This document shows, in pieces, positions 1-9,163 of a stretch of 64,000 nucleotides of DNA (positions are counted from its first letter, which is position 1; each line of letters starts with the position of its first letter). The notes beneath the pieces are model-generated. The model did no database searches. It saw only the letters and a list, made by a program, of their open reading frames with translations, and had not been told where the DNA came from. The DNA is from a virus (lineage: Duplodnaviria > Caudoviricetes), in the IMG/VR virus record IMGVR_UViG_3300023108_000002, one strand, 5' to 3'. A program made the translations under genes and the position numbers.

Positions 1-32
1 CAGAGTTGATGATGGAGTGTGATTGGAAATGA
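1..32 (+). CDS. gp44: 3' end of probable clamp loader large subunit (partial)
   Basis: Frame starting at base 3 reads ELMMECDWK-stop (TGA 30-32), resembling T4-like gp44 C-termini; lies just upstream of gp62 and regA as in T4 gene order. Confidence 0.5.
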   Translation, partial: ELMMECDWK

Positions 33-250
33 TAAAACCAAATACATCATTCTATTTAAATGTGAGAGACATTGAAATTATTGAACAAGCTCTCAGGGCA
101 AAAGCAGGCCGAAGAGGCCTTGCTATCGCTCAGGGAGAAACAAGCGATAAACTTAGAGAAGAGATGCATGAAATTCAAGATTTATTAGGAAGAATTCATG
201 AACAAAAAACATGGTATCGGCCTCAAAAAGATATATATGTGAGTGGATAA
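29..250 (+). CDS. hypothetical protein (73 aa)
   Basis: ORF track 23..250; ATG at 29 overlaps the upstream TGA (ATGA) and its TAA overlaps the next ATG (TAATG). Confidence 0.7.
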   Translation: MIKPNTSFYLNVRDIEIIEQALRAKAGRRGLAIAQGETSDKLREEMHEIQDLLGRIHEQKTWYRPQKDIYVSG

Positions 251-636
251 TGAGTTACGATTTATTTAAAGATTATGTGCCAGCAATTTCTCATACTAAA
301 AAGAGATTGATGGATTCTTTGGACGAAGAATGGGAAAAGAAGTATCAATCATTTTTGGTAAATAGAAACTTTTCTAATTATCACGATACTATTATGTATG
401 CAAATGAAATGAATATGCGTCCTCATATGGACAAAAAAATGCAATTTGATTATTTACTAAATAGTATACGTCCAAGGAAAAGATTTTCGCCTTGGCATAA
501 AAAGTCTATTCATAATGATTTTAATCATGTAAAAGAATATTATGGATATAATAATAAAAAAACAGAGGAAGCTCTTAATATCCTCTCAAGCGAACAGATT
601 GATGAAATTAAGAGCAAACTGAATAAAGGCGGATAA
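250..636 (+). CDS. gp62: clamp loader small subunit
   Basis: YQSFLVNRNFS...YANEMNMRPHMDKKMQFDYLLNSIRPRKRFSPW...VKEYYGYN is typical gp62; start refined to ATG 250; followed by regA. Confidence 0.9.
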   Translation: MSYDLFKDYVPAISHTKKRLMDSLDEEWEKKYQSFLVNRNFSNYHDTIMYANEMNMRPHMDKKMQFDYLLNSIRPRKRFSPWHKKSIHNDFNHVKEYYGYNNKKTEEALNILSSEQIDEIKSKLNKGG

Positions 637-638
637 TT

Positions 639-1028
639 ATGTCGATTTTAGAATCACTAGTAGAAGTCACTCTTAGCGATCAAGAGGACTTCTTAAAAAT
701 AAGAGAAACACTCACTAGAATTGGTGTTGCATCTAAAAAAGATAAAAAACTTTATCAATCTTGTCACATTCTTCACAAACAGGGTAAATACTACATTGTT
801 CATTTCAAAGAGCTATTTAAGCTTGATGGAAAATCATCTGATTTTTCAGAAAATGATAGAGCAAGAAGAAATACAATCGTTAACCTTTTAAAAGAATGGG
901 GATTGATTAATATTATCAAAGAAGATGAACATGTTGATGCACCAATTTCACAGATAAAAATTCTCTCTCATAAAGAAAAAGATGATTGGGAATTAGTACC
1001 TAAATATAATATTGGAAGAAAGAAATAA
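639..1028 (+). CDS. regA: translational repressor RegA
   Basis: EVTL...DFLKIRETLTRIGVAS...LYQSCHILHKQGKYYIVHFKELFKLDG signature. Confidence 0.97.
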   Translation: MSILESLVEVTLSDQEDFLKIRETLTRIGVASKKDKKLYQSCHILHKQGKYYIVHFKELFKLDGKSSDFSENDRARRNTIVNLLKEWGLINIIKEDEHVDAPISQIKILSHKEKDDWELVPKYNIGRKK

Positions 1029-1402
1029 TGACTAACTTCGAAAAAGTGAAAGAATTTATGGAAACATACGGGCAAGAAGTGTTAACTGATGCTCGTTTTC
1101 CAGATGCAAATACTATCGCACTTAGAAATGAGTTGATAGAAGAAGAACTAAATGAACTGAAACAAGCCTCGCTTGAGGATGAAGAATTGGTTGATGTTGC
1201 AGATGCACTAACTGACTTATTATATGTCGTTTATGGAGCTGGACATGCATATGGAATTGATTTAGATAGATGTTTTGAAGAAGTACATCGTTCTAACATG
1301 TCTAAATTAGGCGAAGATGGAAAGCCAATTTACAGAGAAGATGGAAAAGTACTCAAGGGCCCAAATTTTTTTGACCCTGATTTGAGAAAAATTGTTTTTT
1401 GA
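1028..1402 (+). CDS. all-alpha NTP pyrophosphohydrolase (MazG-like, DR2231/PRA-PH type)
   Basis: EExxE...EVADALTDLLYVVYG-like acidic motif (IEEELNEL...DVADALTDLLYVVYG) and EVHRSNMSK...REDGKVLKGPNF. Confidence 0.85.
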   Translation: MTNFEKVKEFMETYGQEVLTDARFPDANTIALRNELIEEELNELKQASLEDEELVDVADALTDLLYVVYGAGHAYGIDLDRCFEEVHRSNMSKLGEDGKPIYREDGKVLKGPNFFDPDLRKIVF

Positions 1403-1420
1403 TTATATATAGTATAGGAT

Positions 1421-1510
1421 CGTGGATTCCTTCACGCTTTGCGGTAAAATCCACTTGGTGCTCATTAGAGGCCAATTTCAAAACCTTGCTTAATAGGAGG
1501 AAAAAACATG
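1421..1510 (+). promoter_or_regulatory. ROSE-like RNA thermometer in the hsp20 5' UTR
   Basis: Three hairpins; the last, CCTTGCT-TAAT-AGGAGG (1484-1500), pairs a U(U/C)GCU motif with the SD and leaves a bulged G. Confidence 0.75.
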
Positions 1511-1966
1511 GTTACGAAATTTAAAACTTTAGACCCTTTTATGCGTTATAGTGTCGGGTTCGATAGATTGTTTAATGAACTTGAGAATTTGTCTCAAACA
1601 ACAACGCAAAACTATCCCCCATACAATGTAGTAAAAGTAAACGATTCTGATTATCGTATTGAAATTGCTGTATCGGGATTTTCTGAAGATGAACTTGATG
1701 TTGAAGTTAAAGAAGATACTCTTACAGTAACAGGTACAGTAACAGAACGCGAAGAATCTAACTACTTGCATAAGGGAATTTCGTCTAGAAATTTTGCTAG
1801 AACATTCACTCTCAATCCAGACATTGTTGTGAATGATGCGAAACTTTCTAATGGAATGCTTGTAATCGAATTGGAACATGTAATTCCAGAAGAAAAACAG
1901 CCTAGAAAGATTGAGATTAATCGATCAATTGGCAAAAAGGGAAAGAAAACTCTTTTAGTTGAATAA
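1508..1966 (+). CDS. hsp20: small heat shock protein (Hsp20/IbpA-like)
   Basis: VGFDRLFNEL...NYPPYNVVK...YRIEIAVSGFSEDELDVEV...YLHKGISSRNFARTFTL...A.LSNGMLVIEL. Confidence 0.97.
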   Translation: MVTKFKTLDPFMRYSVGFDRLFNELENLSQTTTQNYPPYNVVKVNDSDYRIEIAVSGFSEDELDVEVKEDTLTVTGTVTEREESNYLHKGISSRNFARTFTLNPDIVVNDAKLSNGMLVIELEHVIPEEKQPRKIEINRSIGKKGKKTLLVE

Positions 1967-1975
1967 TAAATTATC

Positions 1976-1994
1976 GGGGAGCATTTTGCTCCCC
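1976..1994 (+). terminator. GC-rich hairpin after hsp20 (terminator-like or RNA-stabilising)
   Basis: GGGGAGCA-TTT-TGCTCCCC perfect 8-bp stem; no clear U-tract follows. Confidence 0.5.
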
Positions 1995-2014
1995 AACTAA
2001 CCAAGGATAGAAAA

Positions 2015-2200
2015 ATGGAAACTCATGATCAGCTAACTATTGAATTGGAACAATATAAAATAGAAAACGAGAAGTTTAAAAATGGAAATAAATCTGCCGG
2101 AGTTCGGGCAAGAAAACATTTGAATGAACTTGTAAAACTTTGCAAAACACGCCGAATGGAAATTCAAGATGAAAAGGAATGGATTGTAAAGGGAACATAA
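2015..2200 (+). CDS. small basic protein, histone H1-like (Hc1-type)
   Basis: ENEKFKNGNKSAGVRARKHLNELVKLCKTRRMEIQ matches the GNKxAGxRARK motif of Hc1-like proteins. Confidence 0.6.
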   Translation: METHDQLTIELEQYKIENEKFKNGNKSAGVRARKHLNELVKLCKTRRMEIQDEKEWIVKGT

Positions 2201-2203
2201 ATT

Positions 2204-2548
2204 ATGTCAGATAATGAAAATCAGGTGAATGAAGAACCTATCGAAGAGCCAATTCTATATCGGACTAGTTCAAATGGTAAAGATATTAGATTCAATCCAG
2301 GCCTTCCGCACGATAAACTGATGCAAGAACTTTTAAACAATAGACAAATTGTAGAGGCAAGTCCTCATATTGTTCAGAAAGTTTTGAACATGGAATGGAA
2401 ATGGTTTGAACGCAGAGTAATTAAATGGTTAGGAGATACGGAGTATTCTAGAAAGTTGCAGCAATCTCTGAGAAACCATATTAAAAATGAGAAAAAATGG
2501 GTTGAGCGTGGTGCAAAAGCCGAAGAAGTTCAAAAATATCAAGGATAA
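2204..2548 (+). CDS. hypothetical protein
   Basis: 114-aa ORF tightly packed in the operon. Confidence 0.75.
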   Translation: MSDNENQVNEEPIEEPILYRTSSNGKDIRFNPGLPHDKLMQELLNNRQIVEASPHIVQKVLNMEWKWFERRVIKWLGDTEYSRKLQQSLRNHIKNEKKWVERGAKAEEVQKYQG

Positions 2549-2563
2549 CATAGGAGTGATATA

Positions 2564-2842
2564 ATGAAATTAGATTATACAAGCAGTTTAAAATTACGAG
2601 CATTAATTCGTAAATATGAATTTGAAAGAGATGCAGCAATTGCAAATCTTCAAGTATATTTCGAAAATGGTGCTGGTGTAGGGGATCATGGAGATACTAT
2701 TGGATCTATGGATGATTTAGTTACGCAGTTGAATGAAGCGGAAACTAAACTAAAAACTATTATTGCTTATTTTGCAAATGTTCCACAATCACAACCAGTA
2801 CCAGTTTCTACAGAAGAAGCACCATCAACAGATGGCAATTAA
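2564..2842 (+). CDS. hypothetical protein (T4-like conserved type)
   Basis: 92-aa ORF with AGGAG SD; YFENGAGVGDH helical protein. Confidence 0.75.
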   Translation: MKLDYTSSLKLRALIRKYEFERDAAIANLQVYFENGAGVGDHGDTIGSMDDLVTQLNEAETKLKTIIAYFANVPQSQPVPVSTEEAPSTDGN

Positions 2843-3179
2843 GGTAGTCAGACTTCTATCTGGCGAAGAATTGATGGGAGATATTGAAGATAAAGGCGAA
2901 GGTAAGTATTTCTTAAAAAATGCTTGTCAAATTGTCACTTCATATGCAGATACAACAACAGCAACAGCAAGAGTTGGTCTGTCTCCCTTCATGCCTTATA
3001 CAAAATCGTCTGATGGAATAGAATTAGAAAAAGCATATATTGGATTTATTGTTGATCCTGTAAATGAACTAACTACGGAATATAATAAAGTATTTGGTAG
3101 TGGTTTAGTTCTTCCCCCAAGCAAACCAACACTTACTACATCTCCGCCCCGCGGCAATCATGGTTTTGTAAAAATATAA
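2832..3179 (+). CDS. conserved hypothetical protein upstream of DNA polymerase (possible Sm-like fold)
   Basis: Start refined to MAIKVVRLLSGEELMG (ATG 2832); IKxxxLxSGE start is typical of this T4-like family. Confidence 0.7.
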   Translation: MAIKVVRLLSGEELMGDIEDKGEGKYFLKNACQIVTSYADTTTATARVGLSPFMPYTKSSDGIELEKAYIGFIVDPVNELTTEYNKVFGSGLVLPPSKPTLTTSPPRGNHGFVKI

Positions 3180-3184
3180 AAACC

Positions 3185-3214
3185 TTGACAATTTGAATTT
3201 TATAGTATATATTA
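3185..3214 (+). promoter_or_regulatory. sigma70-type early/middle promoter for gp43
   Basis: TTGACA-17 nt-TATATTA. Confidence 0.75.
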
Positions 3215-3223
3215 TGAGGTATT

Positions 3224-5755
3224 ATGCGTTTTTATACTAATGTACAAAATATTGGAAACAAAATTCTTGTTAGAGAATATAACAATGGTGAACGAAAAAA
3301 ATTAAGGTTAGATTATAAACCATCTTTATTTTTTGAAACAAAAGACAGAACATCAAAATATAAATCTCTTGATGGAAAAAATCTAAAAAAAGTAACATTT
3401 TCGGCCATTAACGAAGCAAGAAGTAAGATGCGAGAAGTCGAAGGACTGTCTCCTATTTACGGAATGACGCCTTTTATCTATCCATTTATATCTGATACTT
3501 ATAATGATATGGAATTTGATATTGATAAAATCAATATCGCAACACTTGATATTGAGGTTGAATGTGAACAGGGATTTCCAGAACCAGCAGCTGCGGCTGA
3601 ACGAGTGAATGCTATTACTTTAAAATATAATGGACTTTATACAGTTCTTGGTCTTGGAGATTGGGAACATAAAACTCCAGAAGTCGAACATCTGAATATC
3701 AAATATTACAAATGTACAAGTGAAATGGAACTTCTACGTTCATTTCTGAATTTGTGGGAGTCTGCTGATATTGATATTGTAACTGGATGGAATGTAAACT
3801 CTTTCGATATATTATATCTTGTAAATAGAATTACTAAAATCTTGGGCGAAGAACAGATGAAACGTCTGTCACCTTGGCGTTCTGTAAACAAAGTTCAAAA
3901 AAATATTAGAGGACAACTTACAGAACATGTTCAGCTACTTGGATTAAACATTATTGATTATCTTGACTTGTATAGAAAATTTACATATGTCACCAGAGAA
4001 TCTTATCGATTAGACCATATTGCATTTGTTGAACTTGGCCAAAGAAAACTTGACCACTCTGAATTTTCATCGATGCATCTATTTTATAAGATGGACTATC
4101 AGAAATATATAGATTATAACATCATTGATGTTGAACTTGTCGATAGACTTGAAGATAAACTAAAATTGTTGGAACTTCTCATTACTATTGCATATCAGGC
4201 AAAGGTTAATTATGATGAAGTTTTTTCTCCAATCAAAACATGGGACTCGATTGCGTTTAATCTTCTAAGACGAAACAAGATAGTAATTCCACCAAAAACA
4301 ATAAGTCAAAAGACTGAGGCCTATGCCGGTGCATATGTAAAAGATCCAATTGTTGGAATGCATGATTGGGTCATGTCTTTTGATTTGAATAGTTTGTATC
4401 CACATCTTATCATGCAATATAATATCTCACCAGAAACATTAGTTGAAACAGATCGTGTTGATACAAATGTAAATACTTTGTTAGAGAAAGGAACGGACAC
4501 AGAAGCATGTCAACAATATGGATATTCTCTCACACCAAATGGCGTTCTTTATGATAATTCAAAAAAAGGATTTCTTCCAAAATTGATGCAAGGTATGTAT
4601 GATGACCGTGTACAATATAAGAAAGAAATGTTAAAATGTAAACAGAGAAAGATTGACGGCGACGGCGATCCAGTGGAATTAGATAAGAAAATCGCCGCAC
4701 TAAACAACAAACAAATGGCAGCAAAAATTCTTCTCAATTCAGCTTATGGTGCGTTAGGAAATCAATATTTTAGATATTTTGATATTAGACAGGCTGAGTC
4801 GATTACTTTATCTGGTCAACTAAGTATTCGTTGGATTGAGAAAAAAGTAAACGAATACATGAACAAGGTATTAGGAAATGAAGAACAGAAAGAATATGTC
4901 ATTGCAAGCGATACAGATTCGATATATGTTGTTTTTGGTGACTTGGTACAAAGAGTGTTTGGAAAAGGAGATTCGATATCGGAGAGTGATGGTGGTATAC
5001 AAACCGAGCGAGTGGTATCATTTCTTGATAGAGTTGCTCAGGAGAAATTGGAACCTTTTATTGATAAGGCTTATAAAGAACTTGCTGAATATATGAATGC
5101 ATATGACCAAAAGATGGTAATGGCTAGAGAGGTGATTGCATCAAAGGGTTTGTGGACTGCGAAGAAGAGATATATCTTAAATGTTCATGATAACGAAGGA
5201 GTCAGATATAAAACCCCAGAACTAAAAATTATGGGTATTGAGGCTGTTCGTTCTTCAACTCCGGCTGCGTGTAGAGATAAACTAAGAGAATCCTTTAAAG
5301 TTATAATGAAGGGTGATAATGATGAGTTGATTGAGTTTATTGATAAATTTAGAGAAGAATTTAAAACAATGGATGTACCAGACATTTCTTTTCCAAGAAG
5401 TGTTAATGGCCTAAAGAAATACTTTGATTCGAAAGATTTATATACAAAAGGCACACCAATTCATGTGAAAGGTGTGATTCATTATAATAATTTGGTGCAA
5501 AAACACAAACTTGGAATGTCTTATCCTTTAATTAAGGAAGGCGAAAAGATTAAGTTTGTATATTTGAAAGAGCCAAATCCGATAGGAAACAATACAATTG
5601 CAATTCAAGATTCTTTACCAGAAGAATTTGACTTGCATCGATATATTGACTACAACAAACAATTTGAAAAGGCGTTTCTTGACCCTATTCAAACTATCAC
5701 AGACACAATTGGTTGGAAAACTGAAAAAATATTTACAATTGATGACTTTTTTTAA
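3224..5755 (+). CDS. gp43: family B DNA polymerase
   Basis: Exo motifs LDIEVEC and GWNVNSFD; Pol motifs SFDLNSLYPHLI, KILLNSAYGALGN, ASDTDS; KKRY. Confidence 0.98.
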   Translation: MRFYTNVQNIGNKILVREYNNGERKKLRLDYKPSLFFETKDRTSKYKSLDGKNLKKVTFSAINEARSKMREVEGLSPIYGMTPFIYPFISDTYNDMEFDIDKINIATLDIEVECEQGFPEPAAAAERVNAITLKYNGLYTVLGLGDWEHKTPEVEHLNIKYYKCTSEMELLRSFLNLWESADIDIVTGWNVNSFDILYLVNRITKILGEEQMKRLSPWRSVNKVQKNIRGQLTEHVQLLGLNIIDYLDLYRKFTYVTRESYRLDHIAFVELGQRKLDHSEFSSMHLFYKMDYQKYIDYNIIDVELVDRLEDKLKLLELLITIAYQAKVNYDEVFSPIKTWDSIAFNLLRRNKIVIPPKTISQKTEAYAGAYVKDPIVGMHDWVMSFDLNSLYPHLIMQYNISPETLVETDRVDTNVNTLLEKGTDTEACQQYGYSLTPNGVLYDNSKKGFLPKLMQGMYDDRVQYKKEMLKCKQRKIDGDGDPVELDKKIAALNNKQMAAKILLNSAYGALGNQYFRYFDIRQAESITLSGQLSIRWIEKKVNEYMNKVLGNEEQKEYVIASDTDSIYVVFGDLVQRVFGKGDSISESDGGIQTERVVSFLDRVAQEKLEPFIDKAYKELAEYMNAYDQKMVMAREVIASKGLWTAKKRYILNVHDNEGVRYKTPELKIMGIEAVRSSTPAACRDKLRESFKVIMKGDNDELIEFIDKFREEFKTMDVPDISFPRSVNGLKKYFDSKDLYTKGTPIHVKGVIHYNNLVQKHKLGMSYPLIKEGEKIKFVYLKEPNPIGNNTIAIQDSLPEEFDLHRYIDYNKQFEKAFLDPIQTITDTIGWKTEKIFTIDDFF

Positions 5756-5767
5756 TAGGAGAATAAT

Positions 5768-6787
5768 ATGACATCTGGACTAATGAGTAAGTTAAGAAAG
5801 AATACGTCTTTCAAAGATGGAAGAGTTAATACTTTATCAGAATCGCCGTTTTTACATGAAAAGGATAATATTCCTACAAATATTCCAGCAATGAATGTTG
5901 CATTTTCTGGATCACTGGAAAAAGGATTTACTTCTGGTTTGACAATGATTGCAGGTCCAAGTAAACACTTTAAAACGGCATTTGGTTTGATTATGATGAA
6001 ATCGTATCTAGACAAATATCCAGATGCGGTTGCTCTTTTTTATGACAGTGAATTTGGAACTCCACAGAACTATTTTGATGTATTTGAAATTGATACCACA
6101 AGAGTAGTTCACATTCCAGTTACTGATTTGGAAGAATTGAAATTTGATATGGTTTCTCAGCTAAAAGAAATAGAAACAGAAGATAAACTTTTTATCATGG
6201 TTGATTCTGTAGGAAACCTTGCATCGAAAAAAGAAGTAGAAGATGCGGAGAATCAAAAGTCTGCCGCTGATATGACAAGAGCAAAACAATTCAAATCTTT
6301 GTTTAGAATGGTAACACCACATCTAACAATGAAAGATATTCCAATGGTTGCAATTAACCACACATATGACTCACAGGGGTTATATCCAACTAAGGTTGTA
6401 TCTGGTGGCACTGGAATGTATTATAGTGCTGATACTATTTGGATTATTGGTAGACAACAAGACAAGGTTGGTACAGAAATTCAAGGATATCATTTCGTAA
6501 TCAATGTAGAGAAATCTAGATTTGTAAAAGAAAAATCTAAAATTCCAATTTCAGTTTCATGGGAAAATGGTATAGATAAAACTTCAGGTCTTCTTGACAT
6601 GGCGGTAGATTATGGTGTAATATCCAAATCAGGTGGATGGTATCAGATGGTTGATCCAGAAACTGGAGAAGTAGACGATAAAAAGTTTCGTGAAAAAGAA
6701 ACACATAATATGGAATTTTGGGAAACTTTATTACAAGATTCTAAATTTGATGGATTTTTGAAAAAGAAATATAGAGTAGGTAACTAA
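5768..6787 (+). CDS. uvsX: RecA-like recombinase
   Basis: Walker A AGPSKHFKT, FYDSEFG, VDSVGNLASKKE, SGGTGMYYSAD. Confidence 0.97.
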   Translation: MTSGLMSKLRKNTSFKDGRVNTLSESPFLHEKDNIPTNIPAMNVAFSGSLEKGFTSGLTMIAGPSKHFKTAFGLIMMKSYLDKYPDAVALFYDSEFGTPQNYFDVFEIDTTRVVHIPVTDLEELKFDMVSQLKEIETEDKLFIMVDSVGNLASKKEVEDAENQKSAADMTRAKQFKSLFRMVTPHLTMKDIPMVAINHTYDSQGLYPTKVVSGGTGMYYSADTIWIIGRQQDKVGTEIQGYHFVINVEKSRFVKEKSKIPISVSWENGIDKTSGLLDMAVDYGVISKSGGWYQMVDPETGEVDDKKFREKETHNMEFWETLLQDSKFDGFLKKKYRVGN

Positions 6788-7113
6788 TGGCAATTTGGGC
6801 TTCTGATTTTATATATCAACAGAGAATGCAGATTTGTAATTCTTGTGAAGAGTTTGTAAAAACATTAAAGGTATGTAAATCTTGTGGATGTTTTATGCCT
6901 GCCAAAGCTAAAATTGCTAATCTAAGATGTCCAAAAGACAAATGGACAGAAGTTTATGGAACAGAAGATCAAGAACCAAAAACTTTGTCTTTACATAAAG
7001 GCTCAGATGATATAGAGAAAAAGAAAGAGTCTTTATTAAGACAGGCACAACATTTAAAAGATGAGTCCGATAGGTTGTTTAGAGAGGCTAAAAAATTAGA
7101 TGGAACTAACTGA
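6787..7113 (+). CDS. Cys-rich hypothetical protein (probable metal-binding)
   Basis: RMQICNSCEE...VCKSCGCFMPAKAK...CPKDKW. Confidence 0.7.
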   Translation: MAIWASDFIYQQRMQICNSCEEFVKTLKVCKSCGCFMPAKAKIANLRCPKDKWTEVYGTEDQEPKTLSLHKGSDDIEKKKESLLRQAQHLKDESDRLFREAKKLDGTN

Positions 7114-8485
7114 ACAAGTTGTTATGAATTGTTTGTTTTCGGATGATGCTTATGTAAGAAAGGCATTGCCGTTTATAGAACGAGAATATTTTCAAACCGA
7201 ATCCAATAAAATTATTTTTGATATGATTAAGAATCATATCGAAAAATATAATGATTTGCCTACCAAAGAATCTTTATTGATTTCTTTAGACGATATAAAT
7301 GTTTCTGAAAATATTTACACAGAATGTTCTCAGTTTATAAATTATCTCCATAATCAAAGAGATGAACATAGAAATAGTGAATGGCAATTGGATGCAACTG
7401 AAAAGTGGTGTCAAGATAGAGCTATATATAATGCGGTGATGAAATCTATCAATATCATTAATGAAGATTCTCCAGAAAAAGGAAACATGCCAAAGATTTT
7501 GAGTGAGGCTCTTGCAGTTTCATTTGATAGTAATATTGGTCATGATTTTATTGATGATTGGGAAGAACGATTTGACTTTTATCAGAGAGTTGAAGAAAAA
7601 ATTCCATTTCATCTTGATATGTTAAATCGTATCACGAAGGGTGGACTTCCAAAGAAAACATTGAATGTTGCACTTGCTGGAACTGGTGTTGGTAAATCTC
7701 TGTTTATGTGTGATTGTGCAGCAAACCATCTTCTAATGGGATATGATGTTTTGTATATTACATGTGAAATGGCAGAAGAAAAGATTGCAGAAAGAATTGA
7801 TGCAAATCTTTTAAACACCAGCATTCAAGATGTTTCTGCAATGGCAAGAGGTACATTTGATAAAAAGATTGATCGAATCAAGAAAAAGACAACTGGTAAA
7901 ATGATTATCAAAGAGTATCCAACAGCTGTCGCAAATGCAAATCATTTCAGACACTTGTTGAATGAGTTATCTTTGAAGAAGAATTTTAGACCAAAAGTTA
8001 TCTATATTGATTACCTAAATATATGTGCATCTGCAAGAATTAAACCTGGCGCTGGTGCAAACTCATATACATTGATAAAATCAATTGCAGAAGAACTAAG
8101 AGGTCTTGCTGTTGAAAATGATGTGCCTATTGTGACTGCAACACAGACGACCAGAGGTGGTTATGCAAACAGTGATGTTGATTTGACTGACACATCTGAG
8201 AGTTTTGGTTTGCCTGCTACAGCAGATTTGATGTTTGCTCTAATATCAACAGAAGAACTTGAAGATATGGGACAGATATTGATTAAACAATTGAAGAATC
8301 GATATAATGATCCAAATGAAAATAAAAGATTTGTTGTTGGAATTGATAGACCAAAAATGAGGTTGTATGATGTTGAAGATGACGCACAGGATGAATTAAT
8401 ACAGGAAAGAACTGATAATACTTATAGAGAAACATTCTCTAATAAATCTAGCAAAAAGATAGGAAAAGTGGAGATTAAACTATGA
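7100..8485 (+). CDS. gp41: replicative DnaB-like helicase
   Basis: Walker A AGTGVGKS, YITCEMAEEKI, IIKEYPT, IDYLNIC, TATQTTR, SESFGLPATAD, KQLKNRY. Confidence 0.97.
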   Translation: MELTEQVVMNCLFSDDAYVRKALPFIEREYFQTESNKIIFDMIKNHIEKYNDLPTKESLLISLDDINVSENIYTECSQFINYLHNQRDEHRNSEWQLDATEKWCQDRAIYNAVMKSINIINEDSPEKGNMPKILSEALAVSFDSNIGHDFIDDWEERFDFYQRVEEKIPFHLDMLNRITKGGLPKKTLNVALAGTGVGKSLFMCDCAANHLLMGYDVLYITCEMAEEKIAERIDANLLNTSIQDVSAMARGTFDKKIDRIKKKTTGKMIIKEYPTAVANANHFRHLLNELSLKKNFRPKVIYIDYLNICASARIKPGAGANSYTLIKSIAEELRGLAVENDVPIVTATQTTRGGYANSDVDLTDTSESFGLPATADLMFALISTEELEDMGQILIKQLKNRYNDPNENKRFVVGIDRPKMRLYDVEDDAQDELIQERTDNTYRETFSNKSSKKIGKVEIKL

Positions 8486-9114
8486 CGGACGAAAAAGAAG
8501 TAGTAAATTTTGAGGTAGACCAAGAAACTTTTAGAGTTAAACCACCAGATGGTAACATGGCTTGGATTTCTGTATGGGACAATGTTTTGTCAGCAGAAAA
8601 GTGTGAAGAAATTATTGAAGAGTTTGAAAAGGCTTCTGAATATCATAAGAAAACAGAACATCCAGAATATAGAAGTTTTACTGAATTGAATTTTTTTGAT
8701 CCAGCACTTCTTTCTGCAAATCCGAAGTTTGAAGAACTATCAATGGAACTTTTAGGGAAAGTTTCCGAATATGTTGAGAGTTATAGACAACACAATAATA
8801 TCGCATTTTTTCCTCAACAATGTCATAATGAAGAAGTGAGAATGAAAAAATATTTTGCTGGTTCTGAGGATGATTTCAAGTATCATGCGGATGTTGGTGA
8901 TTATGCTTCTGCAAGAAGATTTCTTGTGTGCTTCTTTTATCTCAATACTGTAGAGGAAGGGGGAGAGACCGTATTTCCTGATTACAATACAAGTATCTCA
9001 CCAGTACAGGGCAGACTCGCAGTGTTTCCGCCTTTTTGGACGCATCCACACCAAGCTCAGCCCGCTGTATCCAATGATAAGTACATTGTAGGTACATATC
9101 TACACTACATGTAA
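8482..9114 (+). CDS. 2OG-Fe(II) oxygenase (prolyl hydroxylase-like)
   Basis: HxD (YHAD), FFYLN..EEGGET.F, distal His (THPH), KY. Confidence 0.92.
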   Translation: MTDEKEVVNFEVDQETFRVKPPDGNMAWISVWDNVLSAEKCEEIIEEFEKASEYHKKTEHPEYRSFTELNFFDPALLSANPKFEELSMELLGKVSEYVESYRQHNNIAFFPQQCHNEEVRMKKYFAGSEDDFKYHADVGDYASARRFLVCFFYLNTVEEGGETVFPDYNTSISPVQGRLAVFPPFWTHPHQAQPAVSNDKYIVGTYLHYM

Positions 9115-9117
9115 AAT

Positions 9118-9125
9118 TATAAATA
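9118..9125 (+). promoter_or_regulatory. T4-type late promoter
   Basis: Exact TATAAATA in an intergenic region, about 40 nt upstream of ATG 9164. Confidence 0.8.
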
Positions 9126-9163
9126 GTGGTATTAACTCAATATATAAAGGGTAATTCCATTTC

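Noticed and set aside
1028-1402. Calling this gene mazG with (p)ppGpp-hydrolysing function
   Set aside because: The sequence fits the short DR2231/PRA-PH-like house-cleaning subfamily; substrate cannot be assigned
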